Of a DNA stretch of 64,000 bases, positions 14,768-28,007 are shown one piece after another. The notes under the pieces were generated by a model. The model worked only from the letters and a program-made list of their open reading frames with translations, searched no databases and had not been told where the DNA came from. Both the position numbers and the translations under genes were made by a program. This DNA is from Piromyces finnis finn (taxonomy: Eukaryota > Fungi > Neocallimastigomycota). The stretch is from the NCBI GenBank assembly GCA_002104945.1, contig MCFH01000011.1, positions 248,001 through 312,000 of the forward strand. Direction: 5' to 3'. The first letter of the stretch is position 1. Every line of letters begins with the position of its first letter.

Positions 14768-15971
14768 TTTATTTTATTCAATTGTTTCAACAATAAATTT
14801 TAATTATTATTAATAAAATTCTTAAGATTTTATTAATTCTAATATTTCTAAGTGTAAAGAAATAAAAAAAAAAAAAAGTAAAACAAAAATAATTTTAAAC
14901 TAAATTAAAATTCAAACAATCAAATTTTTAAAAAAAATCAATATATATGTAACATATAATGGTATATATAAATGCACATATTTTATACAATTAAATAATA
15001 TATTAATAGTATATTCAATTTTAATTTTTATTTTTAAAAATATTCTAAATATTTTTTAAAAACTATTCGTACATAATGTTTCATATAATGTATTATTCCG
15101 TATTGAACAACTGTTAAAAAAAAAAAAAAATTATACACAATATTAACCAATCAATGCAATAATGCTCCAGCCATTAATATTTGAATGTTTACTGTTATTA
15201 TTTCTAATACCATACCAAGAAAAATGTTTATATAATTCAAGAAATGTAAAAACATTCATATAAAAAAAATTAAAATGCCATACAACAAGTAATTATGATT
15301 ATATTATGGTATTTCATATTTTCATAATAAATATATAGTGAAGTATTTCTATCAAAATGAATAACTATAAAGAATTAATGGGGTATAAAAGCTAATCCTG
15401 TATATTTTAAAAATTTTTAATATATTTTATATTATATTTTACAATCCTATTTTTTTTCTTTTAATTTATTTAATATTTGGTTATACAAATTTTTAATGAA
15501 ATTTTTATACATAATTAGCAATACCTCATCATTAACACAAATTAAAAAATTATAAATTAAAAAAAAAATTATTAATTTTAATATTTCTACCAAATTTATT
15601 AATAAAAAAGATTTTGTTAAATATATTTTAATTATATAAAATTTTGATTTTTTTTTTTAAAAATTCCATTTTTAAAGCACAATATTTATTAAATCCCGTA
15701 TTAATAATTTCTCCTATTAATATTTATGCTAAATTGATATTTAAGTTTTTTTTTTTTTTTTTTTTTTTTGGTTAAAATCTGTTAGAAAAGTTAAAATATA
15801 TAAATTTTTTTTATTGTATTACAATAATACTTTCAAATAAAACATTTTTTATTTTACATAATACATATATATATTTTTATAAATTATAATAAAAGAAAAA
15901 CTATATTTTAATCTTTCATAAAATATATTATATACTGAAGGTTAAGATTATGGTGTTAAAAAGATTACAAC

Positions 15972-16010
<39 letters not shown>

Positions 16011-16282
16011 TTAGTTATTTTAATAATAGTTCTAATAGAAACAGCAATAACAATAATATTTAGTTATAATAAATAATTATAACAATGATATATAAAAATT
16101 TATTCAAACCAACAAAATTATATAATTTTATATATATTATTTTACTTAATATCGTTCTATATATATATATTTTCTTACACATATCTATAGCCAAGTTCTA
16201 TAACAATTATATTATTTCATCATTGTTATTTTTATTTTATAACCAATTTTATAAATAAATTAGGAAGAAAGTATTAATTTAA

Positions 16283-16519
<237 letters not shown>

Positions 16520-16528
16520 GAAAATTGT

Positions 16529-16566
<38 letters not shown>

Positions 16567-16702
16567 GGAAATTTTATAAAATAAAATAAAAAAAATTATT
16601 CCTTATTCTTTTATATATATATCCCAGATTTAACTTATGTATCGTTATTGTTTCTATTTATCTTAACATTAAGTTTTTAATTAATTATTTAATTTTGGAT
16701 AT

Positions 16703-17455
16703 TTATATATTATATTTTATTATTAATTCCGTTTTCCAGCTTTTATTGTCTTTGTTACGACTTAGGTATTTTTTAATAGAATATTCAACCAATGAAGAAA
16801 AAATGATTATATTTATTTTCTATAATTATTACTTCTTAAATACGATAAGTATTGAATTTACCATTGATTTATTGTCCAAATTCTTATAAAGAATATGATT
16901 TTATAATTTTAAAATATTAAAATACTATTTTAATCAAATAATTTATACTTCTGGATCAATTTTTGATAAATATCTTTTCATTTTCTGTCGTATATAAATA
17001 GGATTCTATATTTATTTATTGGAAATTTATTGCAATAAAATAATAATTAATTTAAATATTAACAAAGTGTATAAGTTTTTGAAAATATTATTTACTATAT
17101 ATCATTATTATATATTTTATAGTTTTTATTTTAATTTTATAGAGAATACCTTTGAATTACTCAATACATGGAGCGCTAAAATTCCATTATCTGTAAGTAT
17201 TTCTGCAGCTGACTGATTTAATGAAAATTCTTCATAATCCATAATTCCTTGAGTATTTGAAGATTGATAGCTCATGGTCATTTGTCTTTTATATTGCATT
17301 GAGTTTAATTTTTGTATAAGTGATTGTTGAAAATTTGTATATAATGGGGAAGTTCTGTTATCATTATTATTAATAGATGAGGAAGAGGAAGAGAAATCAT
17401 TAAAATTAGTTTGAATTTCTCTATAATCCATAGGTCTATGAGGATTTGTAGTCAT
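16703..17455 (-). CDS. Hypothetical protein (~165 aa, probably 4 exons)
   Basis: Exon 17455-17150 has a GTATTC donor; exon 17005-16949 reads NPIYIRQKMKRYLSKIDPE. The 3' exons (16882-16862, 16819-16703) are tentative because they need a 42-nt intron. No family recognised. Confidence 0.5.
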
Positions 17456-17812
17456 TTTTTTCAGAATTTAAACACCTAATAAAAACTAAAGTAATATATA
17501 TTATTTTAAGATAAAAATAATATTAATTTTTATATTAAAAAAAAATACCATTTAAAATTATTTAAAATTTTTTTATTAAAAAAATTATATAAATATATAA
17601 TTAAAAAAGTTTAATAAATAATAGACTGTAATAATATCACTACAATATAAAATCACTCATTTTTAATTTTAAAATAAAAAAAAAACATCTAAAATCTCCA
17701 CTTAATAATTAATATTACTAATCAATAATATAATGAAATTTGCTATTAAAAGTAATTTTGATAATATAAATATATACAGCGTCATAATGTTAATATGAAT
17801 TCATATATTTTA

Positions 17813-17910
17813 CTTAATATTTCTTTTAACAAAATTACAAATGTTTTACTATAATGAAAATTAATAAGTTTAAGTAAAACATTTGTAATTTTGTTAAAAG
17901 AAATATTAAG
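17813..17910. repeat. Perfect 38-bp inverted repeat with 22-bp spacer
   Basis: Left arm 17813-17850 (cttaatatttcttttaacaaaattacaaatgttttact) is the exact reverse complement of right arm 17873-17910. Confidence 0.95.
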
Positions 17911-18082
17911 ATAATTTACATTGGTTTTATACTAATAAAGTTTTATTTAATTTTAGAATTTTATTATTAATATTGTTATTTCATAAGTGATTTATAAGGT
18001 TATAGTTTTAGTGAATTAGTAAATAATATATATCATTTCTATTATATTTATTATTTATTTAATTTTTCAATGCATTATGCTC

Positions 18083-18117
<35 letters not shown>

Positions 18118-19212
18118 CATGTACAATAAAAAAAAAAGTATTAATAAAGTTTACTAACTAATTAATTAATATATAAATAATAAACTATCAAATAAATTTT
18201 ATATGGTAATTAAATAAATAATTCTGCATATATTTAAATAAATAATAACAACAATAATAATTTTTTATGAATCATTAAACTAAATTCTTTTTATATGTAT
18301 TAAAGTTTATTATTTTCATAAATCCAATTTTATTATATAACTTATGAATTACTATATTTTTTTTTGTTGAATTTTTATAAAGAAAACGAGATTAAAGTAA
18401 AGAATAATTTAAAGAATTAAAAAAAAAAAAAAAAAAAAAAAAACTTAATAAAAGAGTTAAAAAGAAAAAAGAATAAAATGTCATAAGAGTAAAAAATAAA
18501 ATAAAAATAAATAAAAAAAAATATTTTCATTAAAAAATAAAAATAAATTTATAAAATAAAAGTAATATTGGAAATATCCAATATATTTCATAAGTAAAAT
18601 TTTGATTCAATATAAAAAAAAAAAGAAATCTTATTTTATTTATTATAATAGCAATAATAAATAATTAAATGAATAAATAAACTTAAAATAAAAAAATAAA
18701 GGCTAAAGAAAAGAAAAAATAAAACAATAAAACAAAATAAAAAGTAAAGTAATAAATAAAGTAATAATAATATTATTTTTATTATTATTATTTTTATAAT
18801 AAACTAAAAAAAAAAAAAGGAAGCATTTTTATAATAAAGTATAATAATTATATACAATTTTAATATTTAAAAAGGCTAAATACTTATTTTCTAAATTAAA
18901 CTTTCATAAAGGTAAAATAAAGGTATTAATTATATTAATTGTAGCAATTGTAAAATTAACATTATATTTATTTTATTTTATTTTTAGTATTTTTTTATTA
19001 AATGAAAAAAGAATAGGAATCTTGTAATTTAAATAAATTGTTGAATTTTCTTTTTTCTCAAATTTCTTCTCAAACACTTAAAATATATTCAAATTATAAA
19101 TAAATCGTGTAATTTGTATCAACAAATATACATTTAAAAAATATACCATTAGATATTATATTATCAATTATTTTTATATTTTCTAAAATATACTTTCAAT
19201 ATACCGTCAATA

Positions 19213-19310
19213 ATGAAGAGTTATAAGGATAAGATAAATTTTAGAAATGTAAATATTTTCAATATTTAAGAAAGTATTAAATAATATATTTTAAAAAATA
19301 TAAATATTTA

Positions 19311-19341
<31 letters not shown>

Positions 19342-19890
19342 TTATTTTTATCTTTTAAAAAAGAAAATAAAAATAAAAGCAGATAAATATATTAATACAG
19401 ATTCAATAAATAGTACGTTTACAACAGCAAGAGCAATAACAGCAGCTTTAAGTAATCAAACAAAAAAAAAAATATCCAATTTACAACGTCAACAATTACC
19501 CAATTTATTAAAATATACCCAAAAAACATTTCCAAAAAAACCAATTTATGTTTTACTTGTTATACTAAGAATTATATATGCATTTTTACCGGCTTATTTC
19601 CATCCTAATGAATATTATGAAAAGACAGAATTAAAAGATTGTAATTTATTTATTTATTTTAATATTACATTATTTGAAATTTAATTATATATAATATTAT
19701 TTATTATTATTATTATTATTATTAATACTTTCAATTATAAAATTTTATAGCTTCTAAATTTTTAGAACCAAAATCTCAACAAATATTAAATTTTGAAAAA
19801 GATAACCCATGTAGTTCTATTATGCCAGCGTAAGTATAACTATTATTATTTAAATTTATTTGGTTATTTTTTTAAATATTTACTTATTAC

Positions 19891-19988
<98 letters not shown>

Positions 19989-20175
19989 TTAAGGTCTTTA
20001 GCTGTAGGCATTCCATTTAAAATAGCAAAATATATTGTAAATTGCTTATTAAATTCGGAATATGAAAGTAAGGATAAAAAATTTTTGATTATAAATATAT
20101 ATATATATATATATTTGCTATTTTTTTTATCAGTTATATATCAATGCATCGTTTATATTATTAATATTATTATTA

Positions 20176-20211
<36 letters not shown>

Positions 20212-21943
20212 TATTCTTATATTAGAATACATAACAAACTCAACAATTTTCATATTGTATCGGTTGTATTTTTTGATTTTTACATTCGTTATAGGTAATT
20301 ACTGTTTTATTATTTTAATATATTTTAAATAGATATATATAAGATGAAGAAACTAAATATATTAATAAATTAAATTCCATAAAAGATATTAGTATATATA
20401 ATATAAGATCTCTTCAATTAAGAGATCCATACCCACCATTACTTCTTTTTGCTTCATCCCATTTAATTTTGACATTTTACCAAAGACCTTTTTCTAATAC
20501 ATTTGAAGAAATATTATTAATTTTTTCATTATGGACATTTTTAGCATGCGTCCCACCAAGACAAGCAAATTTAAGAGAAAGAAAAATGAAAGGTTCAGGA
20601 GCTAGTAGAAGAGCTATTGGAAATATTCAATTGAATGGATTTAGAGTATGTGTTATAATTTATTATAAATATTCTTTTATAAATAGTAATTAAATAGTGC
20701 TTTTTAATTAATTTATTATTATTATTATTTATTTATTTATGTTTTTATTTTTATATAGGCATTTTTCTTGGGATTTATATTTATTTTGGGAACATATACC
20801 AGATTATCATTTGCTGTTTTTATTTTACCTATATTATTTGCTTATTTATATATATGCTATAATAGACAAGCTCCAAACAGTATGCTTTTAAATATATATT
20901 ATATATAATATATATCTAAATTAATACATATTAATACATATATATATGAAAGAATTTACAAGATTAATAAATAGAATGTACGAAATCATGCCATTGGCGT
21001 TAGGCATGGTTGTATCGATAGTAATAATGGTTATTGCAGATTCTCTTTATTTTGGTACATTGAATATAATATATGATGGTAAATATGTTGTAACCTTAGA
21101 AAATGTAATGGAAGTTTTAAATGCACCTGAAAAAATAGCTAGTATTAAGTTTACTGTAAGTTTTAGAATAATTTCCTTTTTTTTTATAAAATTTTATAAA
21201 ACCATACTAAAGAAAATGCTTTCTAAATCAAAAATAGGGTCACTTGGTTGTTACACCAATTAATAATTTACTTAAAAATATAAGTGAAATGTCTAAACTT
21301 AATTGTGTTCATATATTGTATAATATGCCACTTTTATATGGTCCATTATACTTTATAGGAATTTATTATGCATTTCAATCATTAGCCAAATCAAATATAA
21401 AAAGTAGAGATATTAATAAAACAGGTAATCATTATTATTTTTAAGTTATTCTTTAATTTTAAAACTATTATTATTCATAATTAAATTTTTATATTATTTT
21501 GTATAATTATTTAGTATCTATCTATTGTATATTACTTGGTTTAATTAGTTTAACTATATTTCCACAACCAGAAACGAAATATTTAGAGTCTTTGAACGCA
21601 TTTATGGCATTGGCATTGGCAGATAAAATAAGTAATTTTATAGGAAAGGAAAAAATAATTTTTTTTGTAAGTACAATTTATTATTATTATAAGTAAGAAT
21701 TTTTGTTTGTTTGTTTGCTCATTTATTTAATTTATTTAATTTACTAATTTATAAATGTATTTTTTTTTTTTTTTTTTTTTTTATCTTCTATCTTTTCATT
21801 ATAAGACTATCTATATCATTTTTAATGTATATTTAACACTAGAGCATTTAATTATTCATCATGGTGGTATCGTACCAAATACTCCAACTGTACAAGTCAA
21901 TGATTTTTTGAATATTAGAGATATTATAGAAATATTTTTTTAA
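19213..21943 (+). CDS. Divergent GT22-family GPI mannosyltransferase, closest to PIG-Z/Smp3 (fourth mannose), multi-exon
   Basis: Spliced pieces match the Smp3/PIGZ layout: LRIIYAFLPAYFHPNEYY, NPCSSIMP, LLLFASSHLILTFYQRPFSNTFEEIL, LGTYTRLSFAVF, IADSLYFG, VVTPINNL, NMPLLYGP, LTIFPQPETKYL, IFNVYLTLEHLIIHHGGIVP. The start codon and first exon are uncertain. Confidence 0.75.
19888..19990. repeat. Compound intronic microsatellite (ATT)n-(TTTA)n
   Basis: Seen directly inside an intron of the mannosyltransferase-like gene. Confidence 0.9.
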
Positions 21944-22286
21944 TTATGTTATTTATGTATTAATATTATAATGATTAATTCATTATATTTATATAATAAC
22001 TATAAGTATTATCAACAATAATAATAACAATGTTTTTTTTTAAAAAAAAAAAAATAATAATGTATAAAATTTAAAATACAAAATCATTATTAATAGAACA
22101 GCAATAATAATAAATAAAATTAACAAATAAAAATAAAATAATTATTAAATTAAAATTTCATTAATACATTACATTAAATATAAAATACAAAAAAATTAAT
22201 AATATTTCAATATATTACAAATTTTACACTTTTATATTCTTTAATTTTTAAATTAATTTTATTATTATTTAAACCTTTTACAAGGT

Positions 22287-22473
22287 TCTTGGCGTAACCT
22301 AGATGTAGTGCAATACTAGGAACACCGATGCTTAAGTTCTTAGCAAGCTAAGAATACTCAAGCGAATTTCAAAAATAAGTAAGACAACAAGAGGTACAAG
22401 ATACCTCGTTTCAGTTGTCACACTGAAAAGAACAGATACTACACTTGATCTTAGCCAATAGGCCTGAGAGGAT
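22287..22473 (-). ncRNA. U2: U2 spliceosomal snRNA
   Basis: Minus strand begins AUCCUCUCAGGCCUAUUGGCUAAGAUCAAGUGUAGUAUCUGUUCUU, containing the branch-point recognition sequence GUAGUA. Stem IIa UUUCAG/CUGAAA, stem IIb GAGGUA/UACCUC, Sm site AUUUUUG, stem III GCUUGAG/CUUAAGC, stem IV CCUAG/CUAGG with an AUUGCAC loop. The 3' end is approximate. Confidence 0.97.
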
Positions 22474-22724
22474 TGTAAAGAACTAATATAGATCACCTAA
22501 AGAAGTGATATATATAGAGAAATTCAATTAATAATATTCTATAATATTTTATGAATGAATTTAATTTAATATGATTGGATAATATTTCATATTAATAAAC
22601 CTAAAAGGTAATTAATTATTTTAAAATCTAATTAAAGTTTAATATTAAAAATTTAAAAAAAAAAAAAAAAAAAATTAATTGTTAAATTATTTTATAGCAA
22701 AATTTAATTTATTCGTATCAGAAA

Positions 22725-23189
22725 ATGGGAAAAGGTCAAAACGCAAGAATAAAGAGAGATAGTTTCAATAAAAGAAAAAACAATGCAGTGAAAAAGGGTT
22801 CAACTTCAACATATACTTCTTTAACTTTATCAAAAATTCTATCTCCATTAACTACATCCAAAAAAGGAGCCAATGGTAATGTAATAACGTCAAGTGAAGA
22901 TCCTTTCAACAAGAATTCAAAGCCAAAAAAGAATATCATTTTATCAAAGAAGGCAGAGCTTTCTAAACATAAAATTAAACAAAGTGCTAGAAGACTTAAA
23001 GAAGAATTAGACAACACTAATTTAATGGAAATTAAGGAACTTGTACAACCAAAAGCTATTAAAAAGAATGTAGTAGTTGAATTAGAAAAAATTGAAAGAT
23101 ATAAAAAACTTCAACAAGAAAAGCAATTACAAAAGGAACAATTAAATAATGACTTTGAACTTGCCCTTGAAAAATTGGGAGCTATGTAA
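22725..23189 (+). CDS. Basic, Lys-rich hypothetical protein (154 aa, intronless), possibly nucleolar
   Basis: Clean ATG-to-TAA ORF, locally GC-richer than its flanks, with a predicted C-terminal coiled coil. No family recognised; the nucleolar call is inferred from composition only. Confidence 0.75.
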   Translation: MGKGQNARIKRDSFNKRKNNAVKKGSTSTYTSLTLSKILSPLTTSKKGANGNVITSSEDPFNKNSKPKKNIILSKKAELSKHKIKQSARRLKEELDNTNLMEIKELVQPKAIKKNVVVELEKIERYKKLQQEKQLQKEQLNNDFELALEKLGAM

Positions 23190-23863
23190 ATTAATTTATT
23201 ACTATCTACTAGAAATTCAATAAACATTTATCATTTTAAAATATTTATTAAAGTAAACATATTCAATTTTAATATTTAAAGTATCTTTTTTTTTATTAAC
23301 ATAAACATAGAAAATATATTTGTAAATATTATGATAATATAGTAATTTATTTATATAATAATAGACATAGAATCAATATAAATTTATAAATTTATTTAAA
23401 TTTATATATAATTATTAATGAAAGAATGAAAATATTAATAAATTTGATATTATGTAATAAGATTTCTTGTTAATAAATATATAAGTTATAGTGTTATTTT
23501 ATTTATGATTGTAGTTGTAGTGTTATGAGATGAAAGGTTGTTGAAATATATGTATTTATTGAATTATTTTAATAAATATTAATTGAGATATAGCATTATA
23601 TAATTTAAACTCAAGAAACAAAATATTATGATGTTTCTAACAGATAATGAAATTTTATATAAGAATGTATTTCCATTAATTTATGTATAGTTGAACTTAG
23701 AAACATATATAAATAATTTCACATTGAATTAAATATAATTAAAAAAAATTATAAATAAATATAATGTTAAACTTTAAAATAATACTAACTATATATATAT
23801 ACATTTGAATCTACATTATATTTTTTATTATCATTAAAAGTTAATAAAAATATTTTTAAAATA

Positions 23864-23960
<97 letters not shown>
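23864..23960. repeat. (ATT)n microsatellite
   Basis: Perfect run seen directly. Confidence 0.95.
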
Positions 23961-23962
<2 letters not shown>

Positions 23963-25420
23963 CATATTGTTCCTGTTTCTGGATCGACCTACTGTTATAT
24001 CACTACAATAGCAATTTTAAATTGGGTTAGGTTATATAATTTTAAATATTAATCAAAAATTCTAATTTAATATCATGATAATGATACTCATCTTACCAAC
24101 TTGAAAGAGTCAAATATACATGGTACATTTCAAATTAGAAGGTTAATAATATGTAGTTACACAAGCAAGCAAGACAAAAATACAAGTAACATTCCTTTTT
24201 CATAATTAGTGGTAAATTGTAATAGTCAAAATATAATATAGGAACATATGTAGTTATGTAGTAAAGTCATATTATTAATGAATCTAATATGATTTCTGGT
24301 TACGTTTATGGACTAAGCGATTAAGAGCTTCTAGACTTAAGATTTGGTATGACAGACTAACAGTGGAAAATAGTCAGCATTTCTTTCAGAACCACTATTA
24401 AGATTATTCTAATAAATAATGTACTTGATAGTCAATAAATCTATATATAAATAGTAATTTCTATGATATTTTAATAATAATAATAATAATAATTGAATAT
24501 TTAATTATTAATTTTGGTTAAAAAAAACACAAAAAATATTTAATTTCAGTATTAAATATTATTTTATTTGATCCTTTATAATCATTGCATTTTTAATTAT
24601 ATGTTATTTTTTTTATATTATAATAATCTTTAATTTCATTTTTTTACATTATAATTTTACTATTTTACTTATAATTTAGTTATAAATAAAGGTTAACTAA
24701 TAATTCAAATTATATAAGAGACATTTTTATTGATTATTATTTTATGTTTTCATGTCATAAAGATTTTATATAAATATATATGTAAAGAAGAGAATTTGGC
24801 TCAAGTTAAAAGTTTATATTCCTAAATTATAAGAGAATATCATACATTATTTAATTATAAAATAATTTATGAAAATTGAAGATTTATAATAAATATTTAT
24901 ATAGTTATTTAAATTATTTTTAAAATTACATGAAGGTTTATAATTTAATAATTAATAGTGTTAAGCAATAAATTTCATAAAAAAAAGTTACATTAGTGAA
25001 ATTTTATTTATAATAACTTTTATTAATGGAAATAGAAATAAAAAAAAAAATTATAATAGTATTTAAAATTTTTTTGTGTTAATAATTTTCAAAATTCAAT
25101 AATAATTTTTAAATAGAATTAAACTAAGAAATAGTAAAAAAAATTATAAAGATTAATGTTACACTAAATTTCAATATATTTGATATTTGATATACGAAAT
25201 TAAATTTATTAAAAAGGTTAAACCTATATTTTTTTATTTTATTTTTTTTTTTTCAAAAAATTACCTATTAAATTTAAAATAAATTAATAAATTTTATATA
25301 TTCGTTTTACTTTTAATTTAATTTATTTTAATTTAAATACTTTTAAAAGTCATATAATATAAATTAATATTTCGTTTTTATTTTAGTCGTTTTTTTTCTT
25401 CTTTTTATCATTATAAAAAA

Positions 25421-26104
25421 ATGCCAATTCGTATAAAATTATCATTTGAACCACCTTTCCCTCCAATTCGCTGTATATATGCTGTTAAAGCAAAAGAAGT
25501 TTATATTAAAAATTTAAAAGAAAATATTATACACGATATTCTTAGTCAATCATATTTAACAAAAAAAAACGTTGAAAGGATCAATATCTCTTCAGTAAAA
25601 TTATCATTAGATGGATTCGAACTTGTTGATACTGAATTAGCAAAAGACATTATTCGAAATGATGATTTAATTAGGTAAATATATATATATATATAAATAG
25701 CAATAATTAAATAAAATTTTTAGCTTTCGTAAAAATACTTAATATGTTTAAAATAATGCAATAATGCATATAGTAAATATTTAAATTTAAGCAGAGTTTA
25801 TGAACAATCTAATATATATATTTTATTATTAAAATATGTTTTTTTTTTTGATTAATAGTGTAGAATATATCGATGAACACGAAGTTGAAATGATAAACAG
25901 AAAAAGAAAAAGAATTTTAAGGGGTAATTATTTTTATACACTTATTATAATGTAATTAATATATATATGTATTAATGTATTTCTTTCTAAACTATATATA
26001 TCATCATATATTGATAAGATTTATCTTCAAAAAGAAGAAAATTAGTAAAATTGAAACAAAGTGATGAAGAATATAGTAGTAATTCATCTTCAAGTGATAG
26101 TGAT

Positions 26105-26157
<53 letters not shown>

Positions 26158-26161
26158 CAGC

Positions 26162-26208
<47 letters not shown>

Positions 26209-27591
26209 CAGCAGTAGTAGTAGTAGTAGCAGCTCTAGTGATTCTAGTGATAGTGAAAGTTCAAATAGTGAGTCTGACAATAATAAAGGAAAAAATTTAA
26301 ATCAAAAGAAAAATAATAAAAAAAACAATCAATCAAGCCACCATGTTAAACCAGATTCAAACACATCTGAACCAGAAGTATATTCGATCAAAAAGAACGA
26401 AAATAAAAATAAAAACTTTAATATTGCTCCACCATTATCTTTAGGAGTTCACAAGAAAAAAGTTGTTAGAGGAATGAGAAATGTAAAGAGTTCACATGTA
26501 TATTTTGATGAGGGAGAAGAAAATAAATTGGAAGAAAAATCTGACAAAACAAATGTATCTTATCTTTTAATTTTCTGATTATTTAAAAATACTAAAATTT
26601 ATTTTTTTATCAATTTTACTTATATCGAAAGTTTTATTAAGAAGTAACAAAATTAAATTTTATTAATTATATGAATATATATATATATATATAAAGGAAA
26701 ATAATATTAATGAACCACAAATGATAGTTACTTATGCAGATTTACATGATACACCTCAACAGATAGAAAAAACTCAAGAATCAAGGTCAAAAAGAAGAAG
26801 AAGAAGGAACAGAGCAAATAAAAATAAAAATAAGAATAATGATGTAGAAAATTCAAATTATGAAAATAATGACAATAAAGAATTAAAAAATAGCTCCTCC
26901 AATGTAGAAGATCCAAATCAAAACAATATAATTAATAATAACAACGACGATAATAGTAATATTAATAATAGTAATAGTAATAATAATACCAAAAACAATA
27001 CCAACAGCGCCAATAGCAACGCTAACCATAATGATATAAATTGTGACAATAATATAAATAAAAAACCGAACAGAGGAAAAAAGACAGTAGTTGATTATTC
27101 TCTTTTAGAACCTATTGGCGATAGTCTTAAAGAAGGTGAAATGATAGCATTTAAGGTAATATTTAATAATTTAATAATAATAATAATAATAATAAAAATT
27201 TAATCCTTATATAATTAATATAATCATTTATTAAAGACATTAGATATAAATTCTGAGTGGAGTCCAGAAATTTCAGATTATAAAGTAATATGATAATATT
27301 AATATTATTAAGTAAATATATTCAATAATTAATTTAATTTTAAAATAATGAATTAAATACAAGTAGGAAGCCACAGTTATAAATTATAATTCTCAAACAA
27401 AAGAAGCTACTTTAAAATTAGATAGCCAATTTATCTCACACAATAATGATACATACTCAGAAATGTTTAATAACAGTAAGAATCCAGAAAATGATGATAT
27501 TGAAGTGGAGGTAGAAAATATTGGTTTTGCTAATCAAGAAATATTTAAAATTAGTCTTGATGCATTAATAGATGCTAAGAAAATAAATTAA
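25421..27591 (+). CDS. COIL: Coilin homologue (Cajal-body scaffold), ~6 exons
   Basis: N-terminal domain starts MPIRIKLSF and includes LSLDGFEL. It is followed by a basic NLS, a long poly-Ser tract and a basic patch. The spliced C-terminus DYSLLEPIGDSLKEGEMIAFK|TLDINSEWSPEISDYK|EATVINYNSQTKEATLKL closely parallels the human coilin Tudor-like domain as recalled (DYSLLP...[38 protein letters not shown]). Confidence 0.85.
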
Positions 27592-28007
27592 ATTTTCTAA
27601 AATATTTATTTATTATTTTTAAAATTTCAACATTTATATTCCAGATATTATTATAAGTATTTTATTTAGTAAATTTAATTTTTAATTTATATTATATATA
27701 TGCGTATCTAAATTATTATGAATGTATGAATTAACAAATTAAAATAAATATCAATAAGTTAGTTAATTAATAAATAAATAGTTAAATAAATAAATAGATA
27801 AATAAATTAATAAATAAATTAACAAGTAAATGAAATAAAATATATATATAACATAAACGTCTAATAAAATATGCAAACATTATATAATAAAAAACGATAT
27901 GTATATTTATGTTTGTATATAATATCTATAAATAGTAGAATTTGAGAAAATGAGAAAAGAAATATCTATTGAAGTATTTCCTGAAATTATTGTATGTTAA
28001 ATTTGAT

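Noticed and set aside
15130-15400. ~49-codon open stretch on the minus strand (…MNVFTFLELYKHFSWYGIR…GWSIIALIG)
   Set aside because: No consistent splice model or recognisable domain; may be a relic but cannot be supported.
22725-23189. Assigning SLX9 or ALB1 to the basic ORF
   Set aside because: Only compositional similarity; no diagnostic motif recognised.
24740-24900. Faint ankyrin-like peptide CKEENLAQVKSL
   Set aside because: Too short and interrupted by stops.
25987-26300. Poly-Leu (minus) and poly-Val/Ala (plus) ORFs
   Set aside because: Alternate frames of the coilin poly-Ser (AGT/AGC)n tract.
26555-26696. Possible U12-type intron in coilin (donor GTATCTTA)
   Set aside because: Imperfect match to RTATCCTT and no CCTTAAC-type branch site near the acceptor.
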